Virus record (IMG/VR): IMGVR_UViG_3300044957_000763 | Span: 186,001 to 250,000 of that record | Length of the DNA stretch: 64,000 nt | Reading direction: 5' to 3' (one strand) | Shown here: positions 1-10,081 of the stretch, one piece after another | Numbering within the stretch: the stretch's first letter is position 1 | Layout of the letters: every line of letters begins with the position of its first letter | Made by a program: the position numbers and the translations under genes | Notes under the pieces: model-generated | Told to the model about the DNA's origin: nothing | The model's database searches: none | Seen by the model: only the letters and a program-made list of their open reading frames with translations

Positions 1-1320
1 ATGCGCATCGCGCAGTTCTTGTGGTCTACGTTGCGACAGATGGTGTTTGAGCGCAATGACAAACATGTTCCACGGTGCGTGTGGCTCAATTCCAGGTTCT
101 TGTCCAACCATAAAGTTGTTGAGTTTATAGTAGCACTTCTCGAGAGTGATTGTAGCCGGCGCATTATTATCAGACACCCATGCACATACTTTTTTGAGCA
201 ATTCTATGTCTGGTATTTCGTCTACGTCTGAAATCAGTACAATATCTCCGATTTTTGCATGCTGTAGTCCAAGTTCTATGTTGTTTCTTTGCGCAGATTC
301 ATTCCACCATGCGTTGTCTGGTTTTGGTTGAAAATCTGTTAGTACATGCTCGATTTTATCAGTCGCCCATTCGAATCTTTGCTTGTTTTCTAGATAGAAC
401 AGTGGTTTGGGCTTACCAGTAAACGTGTACGGCGATTCTACTATAACAAACTTGTCTACGTGGTCATACATATGTCGAAGACGAAGTTCTAAAAGGTCCA
501 ATTCGCGCCAGAACATGAAGCAGTCAAATATCTTCTTCGGTTCTCTTCTGTCAATGGGATGAAATAGATGCGGGTGTGTTTTTCGAGCATGAAACATGAC
601 GGCAGGCAACTCAAGGTCGTCTACTGGTGACAATTGAATACCGTCAAGAAATATTCTGTCTTCAACAATGTCGCGCCAAAGCCTTGCTTCGTCATGAAAT
701 TCTGGTATGTCAAACTCTGAGTGACTGAAGCTGGATAGCTTTCTTTGAATCCCTTCAATTCCACCAGTGTATGAGAAATGCCAACCTGCATCAGCAATCG
801 GTGTGTATTTTCCAGATGTGCGTTGTTGGCGAATGTCTTGGGCATGTAGTCCTTTTTGATATGATACGATACTAGTGCCATGCCAAGCAAATGAATTAGT
901 ATATCGGTCAAGATAGTAACAATGCGGTCGCATTAAGCACACATAGTTTTGTTTAGATTCAATTGCTGACTCAACGACATCTATAGCAGGAAATTCATCT
1001 ACGTCACCTAGTATTATTGTGTCGCCTTCTTTAGCGTCCTTGATTCCGTTGAATATAAAGTTGCGTTGCCTGGTTTCGTTATGCCATCTTTCGTGTGGTT
1101 TTACATTTGATACTAACGTATCACAAATAACGTGTCTGATTTTACTCATTGCCCAGCCAAATCTACCTGAATTTTTGGCAAAAACAAGTTCTTTTTGATT
1201 GCCGGCAAATGTTAGCGGTGCTTCGCATATTACAAATGCGTCGACTAAGTCCCATAAGTGTCTTAGTCGAAACTCCAGTAAGTCTATTTCGTCAGCGAAT
1301 GTAAAACAATCAAATACCAT
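1..1320 (-). CDS. Tandem two-domain glycosyltransferase family 17 (MGAT3-like) protein, truncated by window edge
   Basis: Not in the ORF track because it runs off the edge. Manual translation from ATG 1320: MVFDCFTFADEIDLLEFRLRHLWDLVD...GDVDE...GWHFSY...SHSEF, continuing in frame into a second domain KKIFDCFMFWRELDLLELRLRHMYDHVD...SDVDEIP. Confidence 0.85.
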   Translation of the reverse strand, partial: MVFDCFTFADEIDLLEFRLRHLWDLVDAFVICEAPLTFAGNQKELVFAKNSGRFGWAMSKIRHVICDTLVSNVKPHERWHNETRQRNFIFNGIKDAKEGDTIILGDVDEFPAIDVVESAIESKQNYVCLMRPHCYYLDRYTNSFAWHGTSIVSYQKGLHAQDIRQQRTSGKYTPIADAGWHFSYTGGIEGIQRKLSSFSHSEFDIPEFHDEARLWRDIVEDRIFLDGIQLSPVDDLELPAVMFHARKTHPHLFHPIDRREPKKIFDCFMFWRELDLLELRLRHMYDHVDKFVIVESPYTFTGKPKPLFYLENKQRFEWATDKIEHVLTDFQPKPDNAWWNESAQRNNIELGLQHAKIGDIVLISDVDEIPDIELLKKVCAWVSDNNAPATITLEKCYYKLNNFMVGQEPGIEPHAPWNMFVIALKHHLSQRRPQELRDAH

Positions 1321-2160
1321 TTATGACACTTCTGCAATCCATCCGAGCTTGGTGTACTTTTCGATGTTATCGACTATCTCGTCTGGATATTTTTCTGGAG
1401 TAATTGCTTCTACTCTGTAGCGATAACCTCGTTCAAATGGGTCTACATCAAGAGCCGCAATGCGCTGTTTGATTTTCTCTGGGTCTGTGAATTCTGGTGT
1501 ATCATACTCTGAGTGAGAAAATGCCTTGATTTTCTCTTGGTTGAAAAATTCGTCTCCAATAAAACTAAAGTGCCATCCGCCGTGTTCAACCGCCGGCCAG
1601 GCACATCGTTTGTCTCTGATTTGTTGAGGTGTCCACCCCATTGTTGATGGTTCTTCTGGGAATCTCAGATGTTTGCGTTGGCAAACGGTGAAGCTGTGCC
1701 ACGGGTGATGGTGCTCAGAACCTGGTAGTGTGGTGTCCATGCGATTGTTTATTTTCCAATGATGTTTTGTTAAAACCAATGCCACCGGTCCCTCGTTTAC
1801 ACATCGACTCATAGCCACTCGCATTTCATGATATCTTGGCAGCTCATCAACATCTGATATGAATACATAGTCTTCTGGTAATGCGTCCGTGAGCCCATTC
1901 ATAATTCCGTCACGTTGTATGCCTTCCATGCCCCAATATTCTGAATGAGATTCTGGCATGTTGACTAATACGTGGTGTATTTTTGGCATAGCCCACGCGA
2001 ATTTGCTTTTGTTCTCCCAGAAAAACAATGGTTTTGGCGCACCGCGAAACGTTCTGTCTGCTTCGACAATAACAAATTCGTCTACGTGTTCCCACATGTG
2101 ACGAAGTCGAAGCTCTAAAAGGTCTAATTCGCGCCAGAACATAAAGCAGTCATAAATCAT
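1321..2160 (-). CDS. Glycosyltransferase family 17 (beta-1,4-GlcNAc transferase-like)
   Basis: MIYDCFMFWRELDLLELRL N-terminus, SDVDE DxD motif, GGWHFSF and SHSEY motifs. Confidence 0.9.
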   Translation of the reverse strand: MIYDCFMFWRELDLLELRLRHMWEHVDEFVIVEADRTFRGAPKPLFFWENKSKFAWAMPKIHHVLVNMPESHSEYWGMEGIQRDGIMNGLTDALPEDYVFISDVDELPRYHEMRVAMSRCVNEGPVALVLTKHHWKINNRMDTTLPGSEHHHPWHSFTVCQRKHLRFPEEPSTMGWTPQQIRDKRCAWPAVEHGGWHFSFIGDEFFNQEKIKAFSHSEYDTPEFTDPEKIKQRIAALDVDPFERGYRYRVEAITPEKYPDEIVDNIEKYTKLGWIAEVS

Positions 2161-2888
2161 TTTTTACCCCAGTGGTTGTATATTTTTTGAATCATTGTTT
2201 TGAATTCTGCTGAACTGATTTCTCTTTTGGCATAATTACAACGTTTGCAACATGACACGCAATTTTTACTAGTGTATCCTGATTTTGAGTTTATGCGGTC
2301 TATGCCATTATAAATGTAGCTTCCGTTACTTGGAGAATTGTGTATTGCTTGATTTGGTTTGACGCCACAGTAGTGACACGGTCTACTGGTTAGTAATTCG
2401 AACTCTTCATCAGAAAGCGCCCAGTCGAGGTTCTTCTTTGTAGTCCTGCGCTTGTATTGATACAATAATGAGTTAAATGCTGCACGACCATTTGGCAATG
2501 AGTGCTTGGCCACCTGTCTTGATTCTTGCAATAGGCATCCACAACTTTGCGTGTTGCCAGAGCGTAACGCGCCAAGATGAACCGTGGTTTCGTTTCCGCA
2601 GTCACAAATACATCGAACTATTTTAGAATTATAAGTAGTCCGCCCGTCTAGTTCTATAACTGTGAGCCTCCCGAATTTCTCTCCTATATTGTTGTCGCTT
2701 TTGCGCCTTGTGCACCCGCAAGAATATGCAGTGCCATGTCGCAATGAACTACCGCTTCTTACAACAGTATTTCCACATTCACATTGACACAACCAATATG
2801 CCGAACTATTGTATGGCTTATGTGAAAATTCAATTACCTTAAGCATGTTGAACTGCTTACCTATCATTTCAGTAGTAGGTCTGCCCAT
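2157..2888 (-). CDS. HNH-type homing endonuclease with N-terminal IG-FG-LTV/CxCxCG repeats
   Basis: Repeats IGKQFNMLKVI..WLCQCECG and IGEKFGRLTVI..RCICDCG; C-terminal CHYCG...NGIDRINSKSGYTSKNCVSCCKRCN. Confidence 0.85.
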   Translation of the reverse strand: MGRPTTEMIGKQFNMLKVIEFSHKPYNSSAYWLCQCECGNTVVRSGSSLRHGTAYSCGCTRRKSDNNIGEKFGRLTVIELDGRTTYNSKIVRCICDCGNETTVHLGALRSGNTQSCGCLLQESRQVAKHSLPNGRAAFNSLLYQYKRRTTKKNLDWALSDEEFELLTSRPCHYCGVKPNQAIHNSPSNGSYIYNGIDRINSKSGYTSKNCVSCCKRCNYAKREISSAEFKTMIQKIYNHWGKK

Positions 2889-2935
2889 ATAGACATATTC
2901 ACACTGTATATCATATTCCTTCCAAAATCCCCAAA

Positions 2936-4744
2936 TTAGTACCTATACCCCACTTGCATTCTTTTTGGCGGACCGCTTTTTGTAGGAACCTCATGATAAA
3001 TATGCATTGCGTACACACTATCGTCGTAAAATAGTTCGGCACCATTGTTCATTGCTGATTCAAGTACGGAACAATAGCCCCATGCCCTTGATGCTTCGTC
3101 CGATGGTATGGAGGCCATTTTTCTTGCAGGGTCGTTATATGCGTGCATTACGCCATCTGGTCCCCAAAACCCTAATGCCCAGTTGTGCAAATCTATAGGT
3201 TCATCATGCCACATTTTTACATCTTTTACTTTAAGGCAAGAATTAAAATCATTTAGTTTAGCAAGTTTTCGCACGTCCTCTGGGTCTGCATATTCCCTAA
3301 TGTCAAATTTTTTGAAATTGATTATTGCAGGATTGGTTCGAGATTCCATTAAATCGCAAGTTGCACGAATCGCATTATCTGACAAATAGAAATCTGGTTT
3401 CATTACAAAGTAGTTCTTGTAACCGCCTATGCTGCGCATCTGGCACATGAAATCCGCTGATACAGATTTGTCATTTGCAATTTTTGGAGCTATTTTGACC
3501 TCTTTGAATTTGCGCAATACATCATATCGACTGAGTATGCTTATGATATCTTCGTTACTGCGCTGTGTAGACGCGTTGTAGATAAACAATGTATCAAACT
3601 CAAAATCATTGTTTGCAAGACTCTCTGTGCTCATGTCATAGTTGTAATCAGTAAGCGTGTCGTATGCATAGTAAATCATTGCCCAGTTTTTTGGGTGTAT
3701 GAATGAGTGCTCATACCAAGAAGGTTCGGGCTGCCCATCATTACCCCTGGTCCAGTTGGTGACATGCTTGGCGGTGGCTATTGTGGCAATGGCATCATTC
3801 CTTCCGGTGTACATACCAATTTCGTTGCGTTCTATTTGAGTTATCTTGCCATTCCAAAACAATGGAATATCTTCTTCAACCCATTTATAGTCTGCACCGT
3901 GCATATGTGTGGTTTTGACCGGCATATCTGGATTAAATAGCGTCCATCCAGGCCTTCGATTTTCGCCCCCAATATCTATGCGAATGCTGCCGGTAAAAAA
4001 CCCTTCTGGAATCTCGAGCGGCGGTGCTTCGCCAATACACATATTTTGCGGGCCGTAGCCATCAAAGTGTCTAACGAGTTCTTTTTTTGGCACCCATGCT
4101 TTGTATTGCTGTACATTCCAAAAAGCACCGTCGCTGCGCGGTAGCCATCCTGGGTGCCCTGGCGTCCGCGAATCAAACCATTTTCTTAGCAATCTGGCGT
4201 TAACAACTTGGTAACTGTCGTCTGAACCCCAGTAAAATGTGATGAAGTCATTGTGCTCTTCTAATCTAGTGCAAAACGGGGCTTTGGCAACTTTGAGGTG
4301 TTCAGGCCAATGTGACAGCACTACGGCTTTATATGGTTCTGGGTCTGATTCCATGGCATCAATACACGAATAGAGCATATCAAGGCTGGAATCAATAAAG
4401 ATGTGGTCGTCATTACAGAAAAACATCACCGACTCATCGTCTGGGATATGGGCCAGGTCATGTGCGATGTTTTGTTGCCATTCGGTAGACACGGTGGCTC
4501 TTTTGTTGATAAACTTTACCTTATCTCCAAACACCTCTTTGCCATGTTGGGCAATGGAGTCAAATTGATTTGCATATGGTGCATCAAACTCAACGCGCAC
4601 AACACCATCTGTAATTCTGTCGATACAAGCAAGGCTTGATAACATGTATTTGAATACGTCACTGCGTTGCTCTTGGCGTAAATGACCACGGTTAATTGGA
4701 GTTAACCTGGCATCACTGATGTATACGTTCATGTACAGAAACAT
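2936..4744 (-). CDS. Large glycosyltransferase-like protein
   Basis: 602-aa ORF in glycosylation cluster; FFCNDDHIFID resembles a GT-A DxD region. Confidence 0.55.
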   Translation of the reverse strand: MFLYMNVYISDARLTPINRGHLRQEQRSDVFKYMLSSLACIDRITDGVVRVEFDAPYANQFDSIAQHGKEVFGDKVKFINKRATVSTEWQQNIAHDLAHIPDDESVMFFCNDDHIFIDSSLDMLYSCIDAMESDPEPYKAVVLSHWPEHLKVAKAPFCTRLEEHNDFITFYWGSDDSYQVVNARLLRKWFDSRTPGHPGWLPRSDGAFWNVQQYKAWVPKKELVRHFDGYGPQNMCIGEAPPLEIPEGFFTGSIRIDIGGENRRPGWTLFNPDMPVKTTHMHGADYKWVEEDIPLFWNGKITQIERNEIGMYTGRNDAIATIATAKHVTNWTRGNDGQPEPSWYEHSFIHPKNWAMIYYAYDTLTDYNYDMSTESLANNDFEFDTLFIYNASTQRSNEDIISILSRYDVLRKFKEVKIAPKIANDKSVSADFMCQMRSIGGYKNYFVMKPDFYLSDNAIRATCDLMESRTNPAIINFKKFDIREYADPEDVRKLAKLNDFNSCLKVKDVKMWHDEPIDLHNWALGFWGPDGVMHAYNDPARKMASIPSDEASRAWGYCSVLESAMNNGAELFYDDSVYAMHIYHEVPTKSGPPKRMQVGYRY

Positions 4745-5445
4745 TATTGCCTCACTTTACTTTTGTTCATTTCAAAATCCTCTGGTGTGCCTAACCCATA
4801 CATGTTTTTGATATCGAATGTTCTTATGTCATATTCATCGACCATGTTGTTATATGCGGGACATACGTAAAATTCGCCGTTTACTCTTTCGTTTTTCGAT
4901 ATCATTCTCTCGGCTGCTTCAACGAACATTCCTCCGCGTGCATAGTGATATATTCCGACAGTAGCATGTGGTGAAATCACTTGTTTTTCAGCCACCCTAA
5001 GTATTCTGCCGGATTTATCTGTTTCTGCATAGCTCCATTTAGCGTCAGTCGAATAGAATGTCATAATCACACCATCATGTTTGTTAGTGGAGTCAATCCA
5101 CGCAGTCCGGTCGTACTCAATATATTGGTCGCTATTGGCGATTAGCAACGGTTCATCATTGTCTATGAACTTCTTGGTTCGTAGTACAGTACATGCCGCA
5201 CCCTCTGTTAATTGGTCAATCATTACGAAACATACGTTGTTTCGTTGTGTCAAGTCTGTGTTCTGGGCGTACACAATATGTTCTGACCGCATTAGAAGAT
5301 AGACCTTGTCATTTTCGTCTGCTAAATTATCAATGGCGATTTGAACCATCGGCTTGCCATTGATTGGCAAGAATGGTTTTGGTATCGAGTAGCCCGCATC
5401 GACAAAACGCCGACCAGCCCCGGCTGCTGGTATAACTATGTTCAT
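4744..5445 (-). CDS. Sugar-phosphate nucleotidyltransferase (NTP_transferase family)
   Basis: MNIVIPAAGAGRRF...PKPF signature; AEKQVIS, NGEFYVCP, GLGTPEDF. Confidence 0.85.
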   Translation of the reverse strand: MNIVIPAAGAGRRFVDAGYSIPKPFLPINGKPMVQIAIDNLADENDKVYLLMRSEHIVYAQNTDLTQRNNVCFVMIDQLTEGAACTVLRTKKFIDNDEPLLIANSDQYIEYDRTAWIDSTNKHDGVIMTFYSTDAKWSYAETDKSGRILRVAEKQVISPHATVGIYHYARGGMFVEAAERMISKNERVNGEFYVCPAYNNMVDEYDIRTFDIKNMYGLGTPEDFEMNKSKVRQ

Positions 5446-5482
5446 GATTTTCTTGTCCTAAAAAACATTGGTTGTATTGCTC

Positions 5483-6097
5483 CTATTCTACGAGCTCTGA
5501 GTACAGACTTAGATTGACCATTTCTGGTCCTGATACTGTGACTATTCGCCTCGCCCCCGCCGCGATTGCTGAAGTTATGCCAACTTCAGAATCTTCAACT
5601 ATTATGCACTCACTTATGTCTACGCCAAGTACTTCTGCACCCTTAATGTAAATATCAGGCGCTGGCTTAGGGTTCTCAACATCTTCATTGCCAAGATAAG
5701 TGTTCAGTAAGTCCAATATGCCAATTTTTTCTGACATTGTTTTCACAGAATCACGTATGGCATTGGAACATATTGCGACCATGTACCCGTTATTCTTGAG
5801 TTTTTGTAAGAGCTCAATTTTGGTCTGGTCTTGTTTCAAATTTGTTTCAAATAGCATGTTGGTGTATTTTTGCTTTGAGTCAAAAATTTGGTCATATAGG
5901 TTAACATCAAGCCCTTTTTCCGTGGTAAGCATATGCAATTTTGTACGCGTGGTTTTGCCATTAAATCGTTCAATGTGGTCTTCGTAAGAAATGTGGAAAC
6001 CATGTTCTTCAAGTGCCATATTGAGTGCTTTGTAATGTATGTCCCTGGCATCAAACATAACACCATCAGCATCGAATAGTACTGCTTTGAATCTCAT
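5483..6097 (-). CDS. HAD-superfamily phosphatase
   Basis: Motifs FDADGV, CSN, KPAPDIY, VEDSEVGI; start moved to MRFKAVLFD. Confidence 0.9.
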   Translation of the reverse strand: MRFKAVLFDADGVMFDARDIHYKALNMALEEHGFHISYEDHIERFNGKTTRTKLHMLTTEKGLDVNLYDQIFDSKQKYTNMLFETNLKQDQTKIELLQKLKNNGYMVAICSNAIRDSVKTMSEKIGILDLLNTYLGNEDVENPKPAPDIYIKGAEVLGVDISECIIVEDSEVGITSAIAAGARRIVTVSGPEMVNLSLYSELVE

Positions 6098-6107
6098 AGT
6101 ATCTCCA

Positions 6108-7214
6108 TTACGCACTGGGTTTGCGCCCCCTAAAGAAAATCCATTTTTCGTGAATATCAGCGGGACCAGTTGGTCTAAGCCAATACTCAAAATCTACAAA
6201 ACCAAGTGCTGTTAGGTCATCTGATAATTGCTTTTGGTCTTCAACCCGGCAATCCATCGTTCCGTTTGTACCGGTGGCGTCCCATTGGTTCTCGTAATAC
6301 CCAACGCTTTTTGGGTGTACGCTGCTGTATCCCATTTGCGCTGTGAACAAGCCTCCAGGTTTCAGCACCCTATAGAATTCTTTCATCAAACCCAATCTGA
6401 TTTGATGTACACAAATGTGTTGCAGGCATATCACACTATAAACAACATCGTATGTGGAAGATGGCACTTCTCTTATGTCGGTGCCATTGCTTAAGTAAAG
6501 GTTTGGAACTTCTAGGTTTTCGCTAAGCAGATACTCTTTAGCCTTCTGTAAGCCAACACCACTTATATCAACTCCGTCTATTGAGTCAAAAATATCGCGA
6601 TATAACGAGATGCACCTTCCGAATCCACACCCAAAATCCAGTGCCCTTGGGTGTTCGTCTAGTTGCATGTTTTGAAATAAGAATGTTTGGTAGTCTGGCC
6701 AAAGGTTGTGTGCGTCAAATGGTCCTGCAATATAGTCTTTTTCTTTTAGATTCCACCTAGCCGCCTCGTCATCTTGGTGAACCCTCTGCATAAGCGAATA
6801 GTGATTATTGATGGTTTCATCTGTAATACCAGAATACAGATTTGTGTTAAGCATTTCTGGACTCATTACTTTGATGATTCGATATGGCTTTGCGGCATTG
6901 GCTGCGGCTATACCTACTTCAGAATCTTCAACAATAACACATTCATCAATATTAACGCCTAGAATTGATGCGGCTTTGAGATACATACCTGGGTGTGGTT
7001 TATTTTCTGCTTCGTCACCGCCGACATTTGCGTCGATAATATCAAATACGCCTTTCTTTTCTGCCAAGTCTTGAATCGAGCTACTAATATGGGATGAGCA
7101 TATAGCAATCAGATACCCATTGTCTTTTAGCATTTGCATTAGGTCTATTTGACCCTGGTTTCTTGGTGACCCAAGCGCACTCGTGTATTCAAACAATACT
7201 GCTTTAATTTTCAT
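6108..7214 (-). CDS. Degenerate HAD domain fused to class I SAM-dependent methyltransferase
   Basis: N-terminal KAVLFEYT (motif I Asp lost), KPHPGMY, VEDSEVGI; C-terminal LDFGCGFGR, YDVVYSVICLQH, LKPGG. ATGA overlap with upstream gene. Confidence 0.85.
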   Translation of the reverse strand: MKIKAVLFEYTSALGSPRNQGQIDLMQMLKDNGYLIAICSSHISSSIQDLAEKKGVFDIIDANVGGDEAENKPHPGMYLKAASILGVNIDECVIVEDSEVGIAAANAAKPYRIIKVMSPEMLNTNLYSGITDETINNHYSLMQRVHQDDEAARWNLKEKDYIAGPFDAHNLWPDYQTFLFQNMQLDEHPRALDFGCGFGRCISLYRDIFDSIDGVDISGVGLQKAKEYLLSENLEVPNLYLSNGTDIREVPSSTYDVVYSVICLQHICVHQIRLGLMKEFYRVLKPGGLFTAQMGYSSVHPKSVGYYENQWDATGTNGTMDCRVEDQKQLSDDLTALGFVDFEYWLRPTGPADIHEKWIFFRGRKPSA

Positions 7215-7993
7215 GATATTCTTCCTTGCTTTCTCCAGGCATCTGTTGCGGCCGGGTACCAATCAACATGCTCTGGTACCCATTTACATTCTGGAAATTC
7301 ATGTGATGTAAAAATTTCATATGGTGATTTGCCCCACTTACTTGTCCACATGCCACCGAGTTCATTGCCAGTGGCTTGGGCAATGCCGTCTCCAGTGTTA
7401 TAAATCTCTGCTGTTCTAGGGCTTTCTGAAAAATACTGGTCTAGACCAACAGCGTTGTGCATCAAAGACCAATGATGTAAGTCTGTGATAGAAATGCACT
7501 CAGGCGCAAATTTTAGTGCACGCAACATGTAGTCACTTTCTTGATAGAATATGGTTCTAAATCTTTCATCCCACCACCGGTACATACCAAAACCCTCAAT
7601 GCTGTTGATGTGAACCATGTCACCCTTTGGTGCAAAGTATGTGGCAAATCCAGATTCGTCAACAATTCTGTCCCAACCGGGTTTTATCATAACATCGTCT
7701 TGGCTGCAAACAACCCAATCTTTGTTTCCTAGCGTGTGACAATAGGCGGTGTTCCAGCATTGGGCAAGCGAACCAATCATCCAACTAGGCCTGATGTTGT
7801 GCATGATATTGATTTTGCTTCTATCTTGTTCTCTAAATACATCTAACGTAAGAGAGCCGTGATTATCAATGATATTGACCTCCTCAAAAGGAAATGAGTC
7901 CATCCATTGAGCAACAGTCTGATATACTTCGTTATGTCGAAGGTAATTGACTATAAATAGGCTTACATTATTTGGTTCTAGTCGCCCATTCAC
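7211..7993 (-). CDS. Putative GT-A fold glycosyltransferase
   Basis: LFIVNYLR, IIDNH, LAQCWN, VVCSQDDV pattern; cluster context. Confidence 0.6.
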   Translation of the reverse strand: MNGRLEPNNVSLFIVNYLRHNEVYQTVAQWMDSFPFEEVNIIDNHGSLTLDVFREQDRSKINIMHNIRPSWMIGSLAQCWNTAYCHTLGNKDWVVCSQDDVMIKPGWDRIVDESGFATYFAPKGDMVHINSIEGFGMYRWWDERFRTIFYQESDYMLRALKFAPECISITDLHHWSLMHNAVGLDQYFSESPRTAEIYNTGDGIAQATGNELGGMWTSKWGKSPYEIFTSHEFPECKWVPEHVDWYPAATDAWRKQGRIS

Positions 7994-8826
7994 TATCTGT
8001 CTCTACCCCCGTACTGAATTGCTTTCTCTTTAGTCCATCCAGCAGAGTCCATCCTCATTGCGGCCCAAACATAAGTATCTTCTTCGGATGGGTTCTCTGG
8101 GTTGTCATACCAGGGCATGTGTTTGGCAACGTATGGATAATTTGCTCTGATAGCGTGACTAAAATCTGCGTAAGTTGTTGGGTCAATATCCCAAATGAAA
8201 TTGCGCTTGTTGTAAAGCGCAAAAGTTGTATCGCATGACGCCTTAAAAAATTCTGAGTCTAGTGGACTGCGCCACATGTTTTCAGTTTCAAAATGATGAA
8301 TGAATTCAGTATGCTTGTTTAGTGGCACATCTTTTATTTCTAATCCAAGTCCAGCTTTGTTTATATTGAGATGCTTGTATCTTTCATATCCTTTAAGTAA
8401 GTGAACCAGACAGTTTTTTGGTATGCCAACAAGCGAAAGGTCAGGGTCTGTCACTACATAGTACGGAGTGGCAAGTTCTTCAATTACATCCGAAATCCAC
8501 GGAGACCTATGACCAAGATTTTTGTTTAAGTATATGACTTTTGCTGGTGTTTGTTCGTAATATTCAAGCAGTGGAGGGTATGTAGAAAGATTATCAATGA
8601 TGTACACTTCACCAACATTGTCCATCGCAAAAATGTCCCTAACCATATCCGGCAACCACGTAACTCGATTGAATGATATAATGAAAACATTGATTTTTTC
8701 ATTATGGGTTGATGCCGGTTGCACTTTTGGTACTGGTTGTACCGGTTGTATTTTTATCACCGACTGCACTTTTGGTACTGGTTGTATTGGCTGTACTCTT
8801 GGTGGTATTGGTCGAACTCTTCTCAT
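7993..8826 (-). CDS. GT2-like glycosyltransferase with N-terminal VQP repeats
   Basis: VFIISFNR, IIDNLSTYPPLL, YVVTDPD; low-complexity RVQPIQPVPKVQ N-terminus. Confidence 0.7.
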   Translation of the reverse strand: MRRVRPIPPRVQPIQPVPKVQSVIKIQPVQPVPKVQPASTHNEKINVFIISFNRVTWLPDMVRDIFAMDNVGEVYIIDNLSTYPPLLEYYEQTPAKVIYLNKNLGHRSPWISDVIEELATPYYVVTDPDLSLVGIPKNCLVHLLKGYERYKHLNINKAGLGLEIKDVPLNKHTEFIHHFETENMWRSPLDSEFFKASCDTTFALYNKRNFIWDIDPTTYADFSHAIRANYPYVAKHMPWYDNPENPSEEDTYVWAAMRMDSAGWTKEKAIQYGGRDR

Positions 8827-8876
8827 ATAACTACCGCACGGCTTGTGTACGGAATATTTGTACAGAGTGATTAACG

Positions 8877-8906
8877 AAAAAAGCCGGCAAATAGCCGGCT
8901 TTTTTC
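8877..8906. terminator. Bidirectional intrinsic terminator
   Basis: AAAAAAGCCGGC-AAATA-GCCGGCTTTTTT. Confidence 0.8.
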
Positions 8907-8924
8907 GTATCGAAGATATATCGT

Positions 8925-9578
8925 TTAAGACCTGTTTGCCAGTATAGCAATTACAACGATAATACCAGCGACACCAAGAATAATCAGAAGCATGGTTCCG
9001 AACCCAATACCTCCACCTACAACTGGTGTGTACGCAACTGGCGTGTATCCTGGCATATAAGCAATCACAGGTCCGCCTGGGTAGTAACTGTATCCGCCAT
9101 TGACATTTATGTAGACCTGTCGACCGTTATATGTCGTTTCTCTGGGTCCAGAGTACGTTTTGTAACGATAATTCGTGTTCGTACTAGAATTCGTACTAGG
9201 CCGCGAAGAACCACTTGGTGTGGTTACCGGCGGCGGTGATTGATTCATAGCACCACCTGACTTCATTTTGCTGGAGTTCGATGAACTAGAACCAGAATTG
9301 ACACCAGACCCCATGGTTCCACCAGACCGCATTTTGCTAGATGACCCGGATGAACTAGAACCAGAACTGATTCCAGACCCCATGGTTCCACCAGACCGCA
9401 TTTGGCTAGAAGAACTTGGTGCCTGATATGTCTGTTGAGGTGGAGAGTAGCTTCTTCGAGAATAGCTGCTACTGCTACTGCTACTGCTACTGCGTCGTTG
9501 TGCAAAACCTTCTGCGCTCAATCCTGTTAAAAACAGAACTAGCGCGAAAAGCCAGATGTATTTTGCGATGTTTTTCAT
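8925..9578 (-). CDS. Exported Ser/Gly-rich membrane-anchored protein
   Basis: Signal peptide, three MRSGGTMGSG-like repeats, C-terminal hydrophobic helix. Confidence 0.75.
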   Translation of the reverse strand: MKNIAKYIWLFALVLFLTGLSAEGFAQRRSSSSSSSSSYSRRSYSPPQQTYQAPSSSSQMRSGGTMGSGISSGSSSSGSSSKMRSGGTMGSGVNSGSSSSNSSKMKSGGAMNQSPPPVTTPSGSSRPSTNSSTNTNYRYKTYSGPRETTYNGRQVYINVNGGYSYYPGGPVIAYMPGYTPVAYTPVVGGGIGFGTMLLIILGVAGIIVVIAILANRS

Positions 9579-9592
9579 TGTTTTTGCTTCCG

Positions 9593-10057
9593 TTAAATCA
9601 AGACCACATTTTCAAATTCAGCAATACCAAACTGTTCGCCAGTTTTGTACTTAAACCAAATTGACACGTTGTCGTTGATTGCGTCAATGCTTGCGTAAAC
9701 GCGAGCTACGTCGTCGGTGATTTCTAGACCATCCATGAACACTTGCGTGTCAAGGAAGTTCATTTCTGGGTCATCACACACAACTCGAATGTTGCGATTG
9801 TTGACCTGAAATTCGATACCGCCGGGGAAGAGTGCGCCACGAGTAAGTTCATCAAGATTGTCTTGATTTGCATTGGCCGAAAAATAATCGACCCATCCTT
9901 CCAAGTTTCCACCTTCGTCTACCCCAGCCTCGCCTTCGTCAGTGTTGTAGATGCGCAAATCCAGAAAGATGCGCCTGCAACTAAGTGGCTGATTGTTGTT
10001 GAACACGTTGGTGTTATCCCAAGTGCCATCTGTCATGAATAGAATGTTGTTAGCCAT
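9593..10057 (-). CDS. Hypothetical protein
   Basis: 154-aa ORF in co-directional run. Confidence 0.7.
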   Translation of the reverse strand: MANNILFMTDGTWDNTNVFNNNQPLSCRRIFLDLRIYNTDEGEAGVDEGGNLEGWVDYFSANANQDNLDELTRGALFPGGIEFQVNNRNIRVVCDDPEMNFLDTQVFMDGLEITDDVARVYASIDAINDNVSIWFKYKTGEQFGIAEFENVVLI

Positions 10058-10081
10058 GATTTTCTTTTATGTTAACATGAG

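Noticed and set aside
621-911. 96-aa minus-strand ORF
   Set aside because: Alternate frame inside the real GT17 gene that runs from 1320 off the window edge.
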